A DNA stretch of 64,000 bases, from the NCBI GenBank assembly GCA_973895155.1, contig OZ316899.1, forward strand, positions 5,211,241-5,275,240, written 5' to 3'. This document shows, piece by piece, positions 37,542 to 49,158 of this stretch; the first letter of the stretch is position 1, and every line of letters starts with the position of its first letter. Made by a program: the position numbers and the translations under genes. The DNA is from Marsupella aquatica. Taxonomy: Eukaryota > Plantae > Marchantiophyta. Under the pieces are notes generated by a model. It saw only the letters and a program-made list of their open reading frames with translations, was not told the origin of the DNA and did not search any database.

Positions 37542-40500
37542 TCACGGATTGGGGAAAGAAGGAGCTACGGTTCGGGACACCCACAGTACGGGTATCATGG
37601 GCAATGGACGATTACCAGGGCAAAACTCCACAGGGACCCGAGGAATATGATTTGGAGACCTCGGAGGAAGAGGAACTCAATATGATTGAACTCATCTCGT
37701 CCCTGTCCGAGGAAGATGTCTTTGGAGTTGAGGCAACCCGGGAAACACATCTCCTGAATTACCCGAAGGCTACTATTGAGTCCACCCCGAGCACCTCCAC
37801 CGCCCGGGATGAGGAAACACAAAAACAACCGATCAATACGGAGGACACGGATCCAACTAAGCAGGGCACCGATGCTGCTTCTACCAGTGCAGAGCCTCGT
37901 GACCACGAACCGGCCAAACAACCACCCGAGGCCGAAAACCTGAGACCAAGACATAAGAAACAAGTCTCCTGGGATCCGTCCATCCCACAATTGGAGGAAG
38001 TAACTCCAATCCCAAAACCAATCCCGGTTCCACCCATGTACAGAGGAGTTTGATTAGCTGAACTTGATGCGAGCCTGGACCCGAGCTTGCGGAACCAGGT
38101 TGAAGTCATCAGGAAGGAGCACTACCGGAAGTACACCATGGGGATGGATAAGTCTTTTAACCTGAGCCATGCTCTGACGGGGGAGGCGGAAAAATCTATC
38201 CAAGCTTTGCTCAAGGAATATGAAGATGTGTTTGCATGGAGCCATCACGATTTAACAGGAGTCTCCCCCGAGTTAGGAAAACACACGATCAATTTGAATC
38301 TGAGGGCCCATGCAGTACGGCAGCAACAACGTCGCATGAACCCGAGGTACTCCATCTTAGTGAACGAGGAACTTGATTGTCTCCTTGCCGCAGATATCAT
38401 CTACCCGGTAATGGCCAGCAATTGGGTCTCTCCCATCGTCATTGTACCAAAAAAGGGAGGTACGGACGGAAAACCTAAGATCCGGATCTGTCAGGACTAT
38501 CGTAAGCTGAACGACGCGACCCGAAAAGACCATTACCCGTTACCATTCACGGATATGGTTCTAGATATGGTAGCCCGAAATGAAATTTATACATTCCTTG
38601 ACGGGTATTCGGGTTATAACCAAATTTGGATTCGCCTCTCAGATCAGCTCAAAACAACGTTCACTATAGAATGGGGGACTTTCACATTTCGGAGAATGCC
38701 GTTTGGACTGTGTGACGCTCCGGCCATGTTTCAGCAACTCATGATGAATATCTTCCACGATTTCCTACGGGAATTTCTGGAGATATTTATCAACGACTTT
38801 GCCATCTTTGGAACCGTCGCCATGCACCCCGAACACCTAAGACGTACATTGCAACGATGCCGAGAGGTTAACCTCAAACTACATCCCGCCAAATGCTTTT
38901 TTGGGGTGGAGGAGGGAGTGTTACTTGGGCATCGTGTGTCCAAACGGGGTATCGAGGTGGACCAAGAGAAGGTCGCGGCCTAGATGGCGGTGGTGTTCCC
39001 GGTGGATCAAAAAGTGGTACGATCCTTCTTGGGCTGTGTAAGGTATTACCATCGGTTCATTAAAGACTTTGCTAAAATTGTGTTGCCCTTAACTGAGATG
39101 ATGAAGAAGGACGCGGTGATCGAGGAGACACCCCGAAGACGGATTGCTTTCGAAGAACTCCGTAAATGACTCACCACCGCACCTATCATGGTCACTCCGG
39201 ACTGGAATAAGGAGTTCCACGTGTATGTCAATGTGTCAGGGTTCTGTATCGGATCCGTGCTCAGTTAGCTTGACGAGGACAGACGCGACCACCCCATCTA
39301 CTTTGCTAGCCGTCAATTATTCACAACCGAAAAGAATTATTCCCCCATTGATCGAGAAGCTCTGGGAATAATCTACTCGTGTAAAAATTTCCGACACTAT
39401 CTGCTCGGCTACAAGGTCATATTCCACACGGATCATGATAGCCTGAAGTACATGGTCAACAAAGCAGACGTGACGGGACGGATAGCCCGGTGGGTGCTAC
39501 TTCTCTAGGAATTTAACTACAAAGTTCGGGTTCGGCCAGGAAAGGCACACCTCAACGCCGACTTCTTTTCAAGGCTGGGCGGCGTACCAGTCGATCAGCC
39601 AATTAATGATATTTTTCCGGATGAGGAATTGTTCCACATAGGGGCGGGGACGCCAACGTGGTACGGCTCAATAATCACCTTCCTCTTAACGGGCCGCATC
39701 CCTGATGGCATCAATCAGGAAGCCACCACTGTGTTTTTAAGGAAAGCCGGGCCTTATGTCATGATACAGGGTCACCTACATAAGGAAGGAGTTAATGGGA
39801 AGTTACAACGCTGCTTAGAGTATAAGGAAACACTTATCGTGATGCGGGCCTTGCATGAAGAAGAAGCTGGAGGCCATTTTGCGGCTATCACGACAGCCCA
39901 AAAGATTCTGGACTCGGGGTATTGGTGGCCTACGTTGCATCGGGATGTACAACGCTTCATCAAGGGTTGTGACCTGTGTCAACGGGCTGGGGCCCCGAGA
40001 CGAGCTCATCATCACCCTCTCACGTCTGTGCTTCCCTTAGCACCTTTCGAAAAGTGGATTATTGATTACATCAGGCCGTTCACTCCCGTTACCCAAAGGC
40101 GAAGATGCAGGTACATCCTGCTAGCTATAGATTACTCCACTAAGTGGGTCGAAGCGCAGGCTACGGTGAAGGACGACGCCGCAACCAGCGCCAGGTTCTT
40201 ATATGAACAGATTTTCACCCGGTTCGGACCGCCCTTAGAATTGGTAAGCGACCGTGGAACACACTTCCTCAATGACACTGTAGCCGAGCTTACGGAGCGT
40301 TACCTAGTCAAGCACCGCAAGACTACCCCGTATCATCCTAAAGCCAACGGGATGGCAGAGAGAGCCAATGGTATCATTGGGAAGATCCTCAACAAAACTG
40401 TAGCTGCGCACAAAACGGATTGGGATGATAAGTTGTACGCAGCGGTGTACTCGTATAATCTAGCTTACAAAACTACTACGAGTCACAGCCCGTACTTTCT

Positions 40501-40999
40501 CGTGTTTGGCCAACATTTGTTGGTGCCCGTCGAGTTTGAAGTACACACTCCACGGGTCAGCATTTGGGATTGCTTGCCCAAACCTGAAAGTTCGTCAGAC
40601 CGAGCTTATCAGATTGAAGCCTTAGAAGAGGCACGGCTACTAGCATCTCAACACGCCGTAAACCAGCAAGCAACTTCTAAGAAGCAGCACGACAAAGGAC
40701 TACGAAAGGTTGATGTCGTGACAGGCGACCTGGTCCTTCTGTACGATAGTAGGTACATGCAGTTTCTAGGGAAGCTTCATACCCGTTGGTTAGGGCCCTT
40801 CCTAGTCAATCAGATCTACCCTAACGGATCTTTGGAGCTTGCGACGTACGCCGGTGATTTAGTCCCCACACGAGTCAGTTACGATCGTGTAAAGAAGTAC
40901 CACCATCAAGACGACGACGCCGAAAGTGATGTTCACGAGGACGCTTCACAGTTAAGCAGGGAGCTATGTGACGCCGCTGGTACGGCGAGTAATGAGTAA
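37542..40999 (+). pseudogene. element A pol (RT, RNase H, integrase) with several premature stops
   Basis: Resumes as GGRVV|TDWGKKELRFG across the B insertion. Contains RMPFGL, HHCC and the DDE integrase. The ORF ends inside the 3' LTR. Confidence 0.92.
40954..40966 (+). promoter_or_regulatory. PPT of element A
   Basis: AAGCAGGGAGCTA before TGTGACG, aligning with the PPT region of B. Confidence 0.75.
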
Positions 41000-43990
41000 T
41001 TTGGTCTAAACCATGCTTAGCACGCGTGTTAGGGGTATCTTAGGCCGCTATTATTAGCATAATGACAGTATTTAGGTAACCATTATGAGTAGGAAATCAT
41101 TAGTCAATAAGGGGAATTCATGTTTGGACTGGCGGCGTGTCGCCATTCGCACGCCCGGGTTGCAAGCGTGGAGTCCCCCCCCCTCAGGTCCTATAACAAA
41201 CTTAGGGAAGCGGCCACTGACACGCGCTGACTCAAACCGGCGGAGTGGCCAGTACACTACAAGCGTGAACGGTTCAGCCTATAAGCAACGAGGAGACGTC
41301 GGGTGATTGACGAGCCCTCAAGGTATAAAAAGGGAGCCGACCCTTTGTAGTGCACCAGTCCATCAGTCCACGCGCCAGCTTTGACCCCAGCTCTCTCGTT
41401 TGCTCTTAGTCGCCACTGCTATCTCCTCTGAATGTCGCACACGATCCTCTCCGGTTCGGCCATTTGATTCTGGACGCAGTTCCTATCTATCGGAAGACAC
41501 TTGGCCGACTCATTGAAACACGCCAACCCGCGCCAATATGAAATCAAACGCTAGTACGAGAGAGCCATCCGCCTAGCAGGACGACACCACTATATCCTTA
41601 ACTTTGACTACCCGTCTCAGAGCGAGCTTTACCGACCAGCAGAGGTATCAGGGTACTTCTTCAACGGAGACAAATATATCGGTTTCTGGGAAGCATTGCT
41701 TCGGCTTCCGGACGAGGTCTTCAATATCTCGGGTACGATCAACTTGCAACGACATCACTTCGACCACATCCTGGCTCAGGTTCGGGCTATCATCAACAGC
41801 GAGTCTAGCACTACCCGTTTGACAAGGCTGTCTGCACTTGCTTTGGAGAACTTATACCAGCACCTGCAGAGCTTCATGGGAACTAGACCCTCAACCGCCG
41901 GCGCCGACCCACTTGACCCCATACCCGTACCCGCGCCAACGCAGACTCAGGCTCAGCCTCAGTCTCAGGCTCAGCCTAGCCAACCCCCACCGCCGATCGC
42001 CCCGCCAGTACAAGTACGCTCTGTCATCAACGCTGTGGACCTTAGCGACGATGACGAGGCTACCCCACCCTTGCTCAGGCGGCCTAGAGGAGCAAACACT
42101 CAAGGGGCCGACACTACATCATCCCCTCCCCATGTCCGGACCCAAGGAGCGGCTCCAGCAGACAACACGGTGACCGTGGCCGCCCCGGGCCCAATACTAA
42201 CGGCGGTAGCACTACCTATGGCCGATCGAGAGGATGGGAAGGTGTCACCCTCCTCGAGCCAGTCACGAGGGAAGAAGAGGAAGGAACCCGCTGCTGCATC
42301 CGGGTTACCAATGGCCACGGTAGCCGCGGCCAAGGTGACAATGCACCGCATGGGGGAAAACGTGCATAAAAAATCCTCCATCCCAAACATGCGGTGTACC
42401 TGAAAACTCAGGGATTCGAGCACCTCGCCTCTCTCCCCTGGAACACTTGCAGGTACTACGGGGAGGACATGATGGAATTCGTCAAGAATTATGACGACGC
42501 ACGTCAACACACTCGGCTGCGGGGAAGGAATATGTCCCTCACGGAAGAACGGCTCAGGATGATCTTTGGGTTACCCGAAGGTGACCACCGAGTCAAATCA
42601 TGGGCTCCCGGGGGCAAGGGAGCCAAGTACCAATCCTCGAGTTTTCCCTCTGAGGGATCAGTGGACAATGGGTTTGTGATGAGGACCTGCCTCGTCCCCG
42701 AGATAGCTGAGTGACTGGAGTTCCAAAGGTACGCCCTCCACATGATGGAACCCCGGGGGCAGATCTCTGCTGCCCAGGTTATCCAGGTTGAGAACTATCG
42801 ACCTAGGAAGTGGGCGTCGTACTTCGCTAAAAATTTCCATGAAGAGATGGAGCGGCGAAGAAAGACGCTATACATTGGCGGGAAGGCGTATTTCGCTAGC
42901 CACATCGAGATCATTCTTGAGTGGTACGCTCGGTTTGATCGACGATATCGTATGCTAACAAAAGCAAATATCATCGAATATATGCTAAAAACTCGGTGTT
43001 CGTTCCTGTGAAAGAACAAGAATGGGATGAAAAGATGTTTTAAAGTGTTTTGAGTGGTTTAGAGATGGTACTCAACATCTATAAGAAAAATAGAATCTTA
43101 AACAAAACACAAGGAATTAAAAAAATAAGAACAAAGTGACGTTTGCTATATAACAAAATCTTAGAGCTTTTAGAGGTATAGTTTAGCAATATTTAACTCC
43201 GTCACCATGTCTTAAGAAAGAGCTATGGCATTATTTGAGACGTTGATAAGTCAAATATAACCTTGCTATAACTGCTCTCTAGGTTTCCATCATAAATCTA
43301 AGTTTAAGAAGTGTCTATGCGCACAAAACCCAAGATAAGTTTCAGATTGTGTGTATAGTAGTGTGTCATTAAAATGCCTGCAACATGTTTCCTTCTTCAG
43401 CGATGCGCAATTCCAAAGAAAAACTAATGCACATTCAGTATACCACAATGGTACTTCAAATCCGTGAATTAAGAATGTCGCTACTTCTTAATCATATAGA
43501 TTTCTATTTCTTGATTTCATGCAATACTTATCTTCCAAAGATAAGTCCTTCATGTAAATACAGAAATGGACAACAAATGTTGTAGTTTGGATTAGGCACC
43601 GACCAACGGATCTTCTAATACATTCCACAAACTATATTTTTATGGGTTTTACTTCTTACGGTAATTGCAACATGCATTACCATACGAAGGAGGGGTAGAC
43701 TCCTAGCACAAGTAATCAAATTCCAAGGTATGCAAATCTTCCTTGCAAAATTGCATTACACGTACAAGGGACAAAACTCCAAGATGAGGAGATGCAAATA
43801 ACTATCCACACTGTCTCAAAATGAGACTGGTATCACAATAAGTACATGAGATCGCCCACGAGCTAAGGAGAATGAAGAGACATGCCTCTTCATTTCCTAA
43901 GTCTAAACTAAGTAAAGTAAAAGTCAACTTTGACTAAGGGCTATCAAATGGTCAAAGCTAAGTAAAAGTCTACAAAATAAAATACTAATC

Positions 43991-46239
43991 TCATACTGTA
44001 ATAGGAGGAGGGTCGACTACAAGTAGAGGGAGGCGAGCTACATAACCAAGGGCTATCTTCCCTTTGGTCCTCTGTCCCTTCAAATACTGTCGACGGAAAA
44101 GGTCCTCACGGTAACAAATCAAACAAGGCTCACTGGTCTTCTGGATGGGATGTCCATCTGGTCCGATCCAAACAAAGTAATCTGATGGCCATGGAATGTC
44201 TGGAGCTGGAAGAGGGAAAGGTGCTATGACCTTTCTACAATGATAAACCCAACTCCAACGGTTAGGAGTCTCAATCGTGGGTAATCTCAGCTTGTCGATA
44301 GGTAGCCATAGAATACCACGAGAAATCGGAACCATGTCGTAGGTGTGTGGAAAAGGGAAAGACTCACGACCAAACATAAGTGGAGGTAAAGGAGGTGCAA
44401 GGGGAGTGTGTGCGTCGATGAGTGACGTAATCATCCTATCAAACTGGGCGGGAAAGACAAAAAGAGGCTCAATGTCGGCAACAGAAGAGACAATAGGAGG
44501 CTGAGACATCAAAGGAGTAGGAGCTATAAATGGTACACTGGGAGGCTCTATAGTCTCAGGCTCAGGCTCAGTCTTGGGAATAGGCTCAGGAATAGGTTCA
44601 TCTCCTTCCATGGTAGGAGAGGGAAATGAATCATCAAGGGGTGATAGGGTGGTATCCTCAATAGAGAAAAATGGATCTGGAGGGGGTACGGATGAAGGGG
44701 GTAAAGGCTCAGGGGTATGAGATGGAGGGTGCTCAGGTGAAAATGTAGGAGGGATAGGGGAATCGAGAATAGGGGAAAGAATGGGATCAGGTAGAGGGGG
44801 TGTAGGTGAGGATGGAGGAGGGAGTGAAGGGTCAGCAATAGGTAGCTCCGGCTCATCCACATCCATAGGGTGATCAGGCTGTGGTGAAGGTGTAAGGGGT
44901 GAAACATGAGGGGGTGGGACGGTACGAGACTTGGAAAGCAAAGCACGAATGCAGTCTTGGGAATAGGCTCAGGAATAGGTTCATCTCCTTCCATGGTAGG
45001 AGAGGGAAATGAATCATCAAGGGGTGATAGGGTGGTATCCTCAATAGAGATAAATGGATCTGGAGGGGGTACGGATGAAGGGGGTAAAGGCTCAGGGGTA
45101 GGAGATGGAGGGTGCTCAGGTGAAAATGTAGGAGGGATAGGGGAATCGAGAATAGGGGAAAGAATGGGATCAGGTAGAGGGGGTGTAGGTGAGGATGGAG
45201 GAGGGAGTGAAGGGTCAGCAATAGGTAGCTCCGGCTCATCCACATCCATAGGGTGATCAGGCTGTGGTGAAGGTGCAAGGGGTGAAACATGAGGGGGTGG
45301 GATGGTACGAGACTTGGAAAGCAAAGCACGAATGCAGTCAAGTAACTGTAGAGGGGTACAACTCAAGAGTCTAGTGGCCTCATCTACCAAATGCTGGTTG
45401 AAACCAGCCACACTAGCTAGTCGCTCAGCATCACCAACAAAATCAGTCCATGGCGTGTAAGAAGTGGAAGCAACAAAAGAGGGAGAAGTCATCCCTGGTA
45501 GATCTGGTGCTGTCGTTTGCTCCACTGGAGGGGGTCTCGGAGATGTCATTGGTGGTGGAGTCAACTCTCTTGCTAACTCTGGCTGAGGTAGCTCAAAGTG
45601 TCTCGCTCTCCTCCTCCAATCGCTCAGCTCCACTGGTAACAAGCAGCCTCTCAAAAAGTAAATGTGCGCCAAGTAGGGTGTCAGATAGGTATCATCGGTA
45701 GTAGACAAGACAGCCACCTGCTTGGCAATCACCTCCAAAAGAGCTAAGGCCCAGTTGATCCTCCTCTTGCCGGTCCATGATACAATGATAGAGCTGGTCA
45801 AGTAAACCATAGCCCTGGTGGGTTTGGTCGGATGAAAGATAGGTACAAGGAATCAGAGTAGATGAGCTAACTCCCGGTTCCTGCACTGATCAATCTTCCA
45901 ACCAGACCTCCGGTCCCTGGTACCTCTAAAATAGGGGACAGTCAAGTCCTCTCCAACAGAGATAAGTCTCTCTCCCTCCTGGCTCAACTGGTACACCTCA
46001 GAAATAACGGCGGTGGTACACACATCAGCTGAACCTCTAGTAGAACTCCGAAAAGTGCCAGCTCAGGGTGGACGAAGAAAATCGGCAATGATGGACCCAT
46101 GCACTATATCCCAAGGAAGAAAAAGTAAGGAACTCAAGCCCATCTCTACCAGGTTACTAAGGAGTCTAAAGTAAGCCTTAGGACCTGGAGGTAAGGTCAC
46201 CCTGATGGCCTTACTAATTGGTAAGCTTCTGGTGGCCAT
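43991..46239 (-). pseudogene. ORF inside solo LTR C (621 aa when reconstructed)
   Basis: ATG at 46239 (MATRSLPISKAIRV) is in frame with ORF 44548-45810 through two TGA codons. Removing one 383-bp duplicate joins it to 43991-44941, giving 1866 nt = 622 codons. Confidence 0.8.
44569..45339. repeat. 383-bp tandem duplication in the Pro-rich linker of ORF C
   Basis: GTCTTGGGAATAGGCTCAGG recurs at 44571 and 44954, with CAGTC microhomology at the junction. Confidence 0.9.
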
Positions 46240-48680
46240 AGCTCAAAAAATCTGAGAAGGCTCTAGAGCTCTCCTCCTAAAAATGGTTAAGCATTGAGGC
46301 TCAAGAATGAAATCTCAGGGATCTAAGGCAGCTGCGCTACTATGGGAGAAAGAATGAACTGAAAAGAGATAGAAATGAAGGAGCTCTGATCAGGCCAAGC
46401 TCTTGAAATTGCAATTTCTTCAATTCCAAGAAATCAGAGAGCATCGATGACCCAATACTCCTCAATGTCTCATCAATAGCAGTTCAGAATCGGGGTGAAC
46501 ATTCTCTAGGCAGCTGCGCTCCTATAGCAATTGAAATGAGCTCGAATGGTGGTCCATCGAGTGAGCACTGAGGGTCGAAGCTCGCGCCCTACTGCCGGCC
46601 GCCATGGACGTCCCTCAAAGAAAAATGGAGAAAAAGGTTTGGTCCGGCGCGGTCGTCACATTAGGTTGTGGTGGGGTGGACGTCCTGGACGTCCCTACGT
46701 GGAGGCCGTCCAAGACGTCCTCAAGTTTTTCATGCGGGCCGGCGCGGAAGGAGTTGGCCGTCCTTGGCGAAAAATGGGTGCCGTCCCTGTGTAGAAGCTG
46801 TCCGAGCCGGCGCCATCTTTGTCGTCTTTGTGAGGAGGCCGTCCCGGCCGTCACCTCATTTTTGAAGCTCCTTTCAACTTCTTGCCATCTTGACGTCTAA
46901 TATGTGAAAACCAGAGTAGCCTTGACGTCTTCCAATGGTATCCTTACCCATTTGAGCTTATACTAACTTAAATTTGCTTAAAGAGCCTTATAGAAACTTT
47001 AAAATTTTAAAATTTTATGGTTTTGATACTTTAACTCTCTTTTTTAGAATAATCACCTAATTACAGACGAACCCTTCCCCGTGTCAACGTAACAAAGCTG
47101 GTCCCAGGTAGGTGCGTTTTCCCGGCCTTGGAGAGATGGCCCCAATCCAAGGCCCGAAGTCCAGCGGCCACGCAGGCTTCACCCACCCCACCTCCACAAG
47201 TAGTTGTAGCCGTGGTCGAGGAGGTACCGGATGGGTCGGTAATCGCAACCGTAGATGCAATCAACCAGGCCGGGCCAAGTATAGAAGTCGGGACAGCGGA
47301 GGCCTTACTTGAGCCCGGGTCTCCCAAAGACCCACCGGTGGCTATTCCGGAGGACCGAACATTGCTGGAGAAGGACACTCCAACCCCTTCCAACACTACG
47401 TCCCCAGGGTTGGATGTCACTGCCCCGGCCCCCGCACGTGTTGACGTCTACCCGTGCCCAACTCCGGACAGGCACAACCTGGACCACCCGGAACTCTTTG
47501 TACCGGGTACATTTCTGAATGGACTTCTGGGAGATTTCTCTCATCAAATTGCCTGGGATACCGGGGAGTTCATGGCCCGGAAGGTAGCCTATTTCTTCAA
47601 TCAGGAGTTGGTTGCCATAGTAAAGGCAGGTCGGGCCCAGTCAGAGGCCCTTCAGAGGATAGAGCGGTACCGGGTGGAGTCCGTATACTTAAAGAACGAA
47701 GTTGCAGCTCAAGAGGCTGAGCTTCTGCAACTACGACCCAAGATTGCAGCCACCGATGAGTTGTTAGCAAAGGCGCACGCCCTTACCGCCCTAGCCAAAC
47801 AGGCCAAAGTTGGGAACAAGGCCGAGATTGCACGACTCCAGAACCAGATTGATAGTTTGAAGAATCAAACCGTCATCTGGCAGAAAGACCTGGAGGAGGC
47901 CGAAGAACGAGCCTAGCGGGACACTACGGAGATAGCCACACTACAGGCCGAAGTAGCGCGGCTCCAAACCAAAGCCGAGAAGCAGGACCAGTTGGCGGGC
48001 AAGCTGACAAGCGATGCCCAGCAGCTAGAGGAGGCAGCGGAGGAGACGGACGCGGCGAAGCGAGAGAACAAATCTCTTCTAGACCAGGTCCAACTCCTCA
48101 AGGCGGACAATGACAGACTTCGTAAGCAGCGGGATGGCCGCTCCCACTCGGGCGGCTCTGGCAAGCGTGCCAGGCATTAGCGGCATAGTAGGAATAGAAT
48201 AGGGTTAGGAATAGCTAGATCAAGCTATGGGGACAGGAACCTGCCCTAGTTAGAGCAGCACCGCCATGCTGTCCAGCCTGCGTAGGTTAGGATCTTCTAA
48301 TAAGACACAGCCATTTTTTGGCCTGACAGTCAGATTAGTTAGGACCTAAGTCAGCAAATCTTCGGGCGGGAGGACACTCCATTCCTCGGCCCTTAGTATT
48401 TAGTGCACCCCTTGGTATAGGAGGGGGGGGGTTTTAGTCTCAGTATTGGACGTCCGCAGTATGTGCGGGGAGTCCCGACCTCTGGGAGTGAAAGAGTACC
48501 AAGGGGAGGGTGTAAGACTAAGCTCTCTGGGCGAGTGCGGAGCCGGGCTCCGTTGTAGTGTACACCCTCGGCCTTGGACCTGTTCACTCCAGAGCATTCG
48601 GGTCAACTAAGTGTACGCGTATGTCTCTTATGGAGTAAAATCCCTTCCCGTTATTTCCTTCGTGTAAATCAAGATTTTAT

Positions 48681-48844
48681 GCTTGTGCGTATGTATGTGT
48701 GTGAATCTTGTGTATAGGTGCCAACGCTTGGCCAAACGCACTACCCAAGTAGTGCACGGGGTGCTTGTGCGTATGTATGTGTGTGAATCTCGTGTATAGG
48801 TGCCAACGCTTGGCCAAACGCACTACCCAAGTAGTGCACGGGGT
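48681..48844. repeat. 82-bp tandem duplication in A 3' LTR only
   Basis: GCTTGTGCGTATGTATGTGTG at 48681 and 48763; single copy in the 5' LTR (~12596). Confidence 0.85.
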
Positions 48845-49158
48845 GCAGCTTGCGTGTACGTGGTTGCAAGCCCGGGTTGAGCACCCATATCATCAAAATC
48901 CGGATTGAAGGCGGACAATACGAAGGCTTAGAAGCCCTTAAGCCAGGGTCGATCCTGCTATCGATTGAGGTACGTTCCGACGGTGGAACACAAATCATAC
49001 CTAGGAGGTGTCCGTATATGACGATAGGCGCACTTAGCGCTATTTTACGTAAGTTGGGTGCATTCCGTGCCTCCCTCCTTGCCCAAACCCTCATTTTGAC
49101 AAAGGATGTGTCTGTTTAAGCCGAAGCCTAGTGTAAGGCCAAGGCTGACGACGTGACA

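Larger units (their letters stand above)
42946..47065 (-). mobile_element. solo LTR C (4120 bp) of a different LTR retrotransposon family
   Basis: 5-bp TSD GACGA at 42941-42945 and 47066-47070. Minus-strand ends are TGTAAT...CGATA (CA mutated to TA). No gag/pol and no internal terminal repeats. Orientation was inferred from its ORF. Confidence 0.75.
41432..48180 (+). pseudogene. LTR-encoded accessory ORF, 3' LTR copy (~874 aa when reconstructed)
   Basis: ATG at 41432 to TAG at 48180. Removing insertion C plus one TSD (4125 nt) and restoring one A near 42370 gives 2625 nt in one frame with a few point stops. Confidence 0.85.
9248..49158 (+). mobile_element. Ty3/gypsy non-chromovirus (Athila-like) element A, full length, with nested insertions
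   Basis: TSD ACTAC at 9243-9247 and 49159-49163. Two homologous TG..CA LTRs, PBS, PPT and gag-PR-RT-RH-INT. No chromodomain or additional RNase H. Confidence 0.95.
40967..49158 (+). repeat. element A 3' LTR, interrupted by solo LTR C
   Basis: 40967-42945 and 47066-49158 are colinear with the 5' LTR. Confidence 0.95.

Noticed and set aside
44548-45341. His/Leu/Pro-rich and Gly-rich alternative ORFs
   Set aside because: Alternative frames of the duplicated Pro-rich linker of ORF C.
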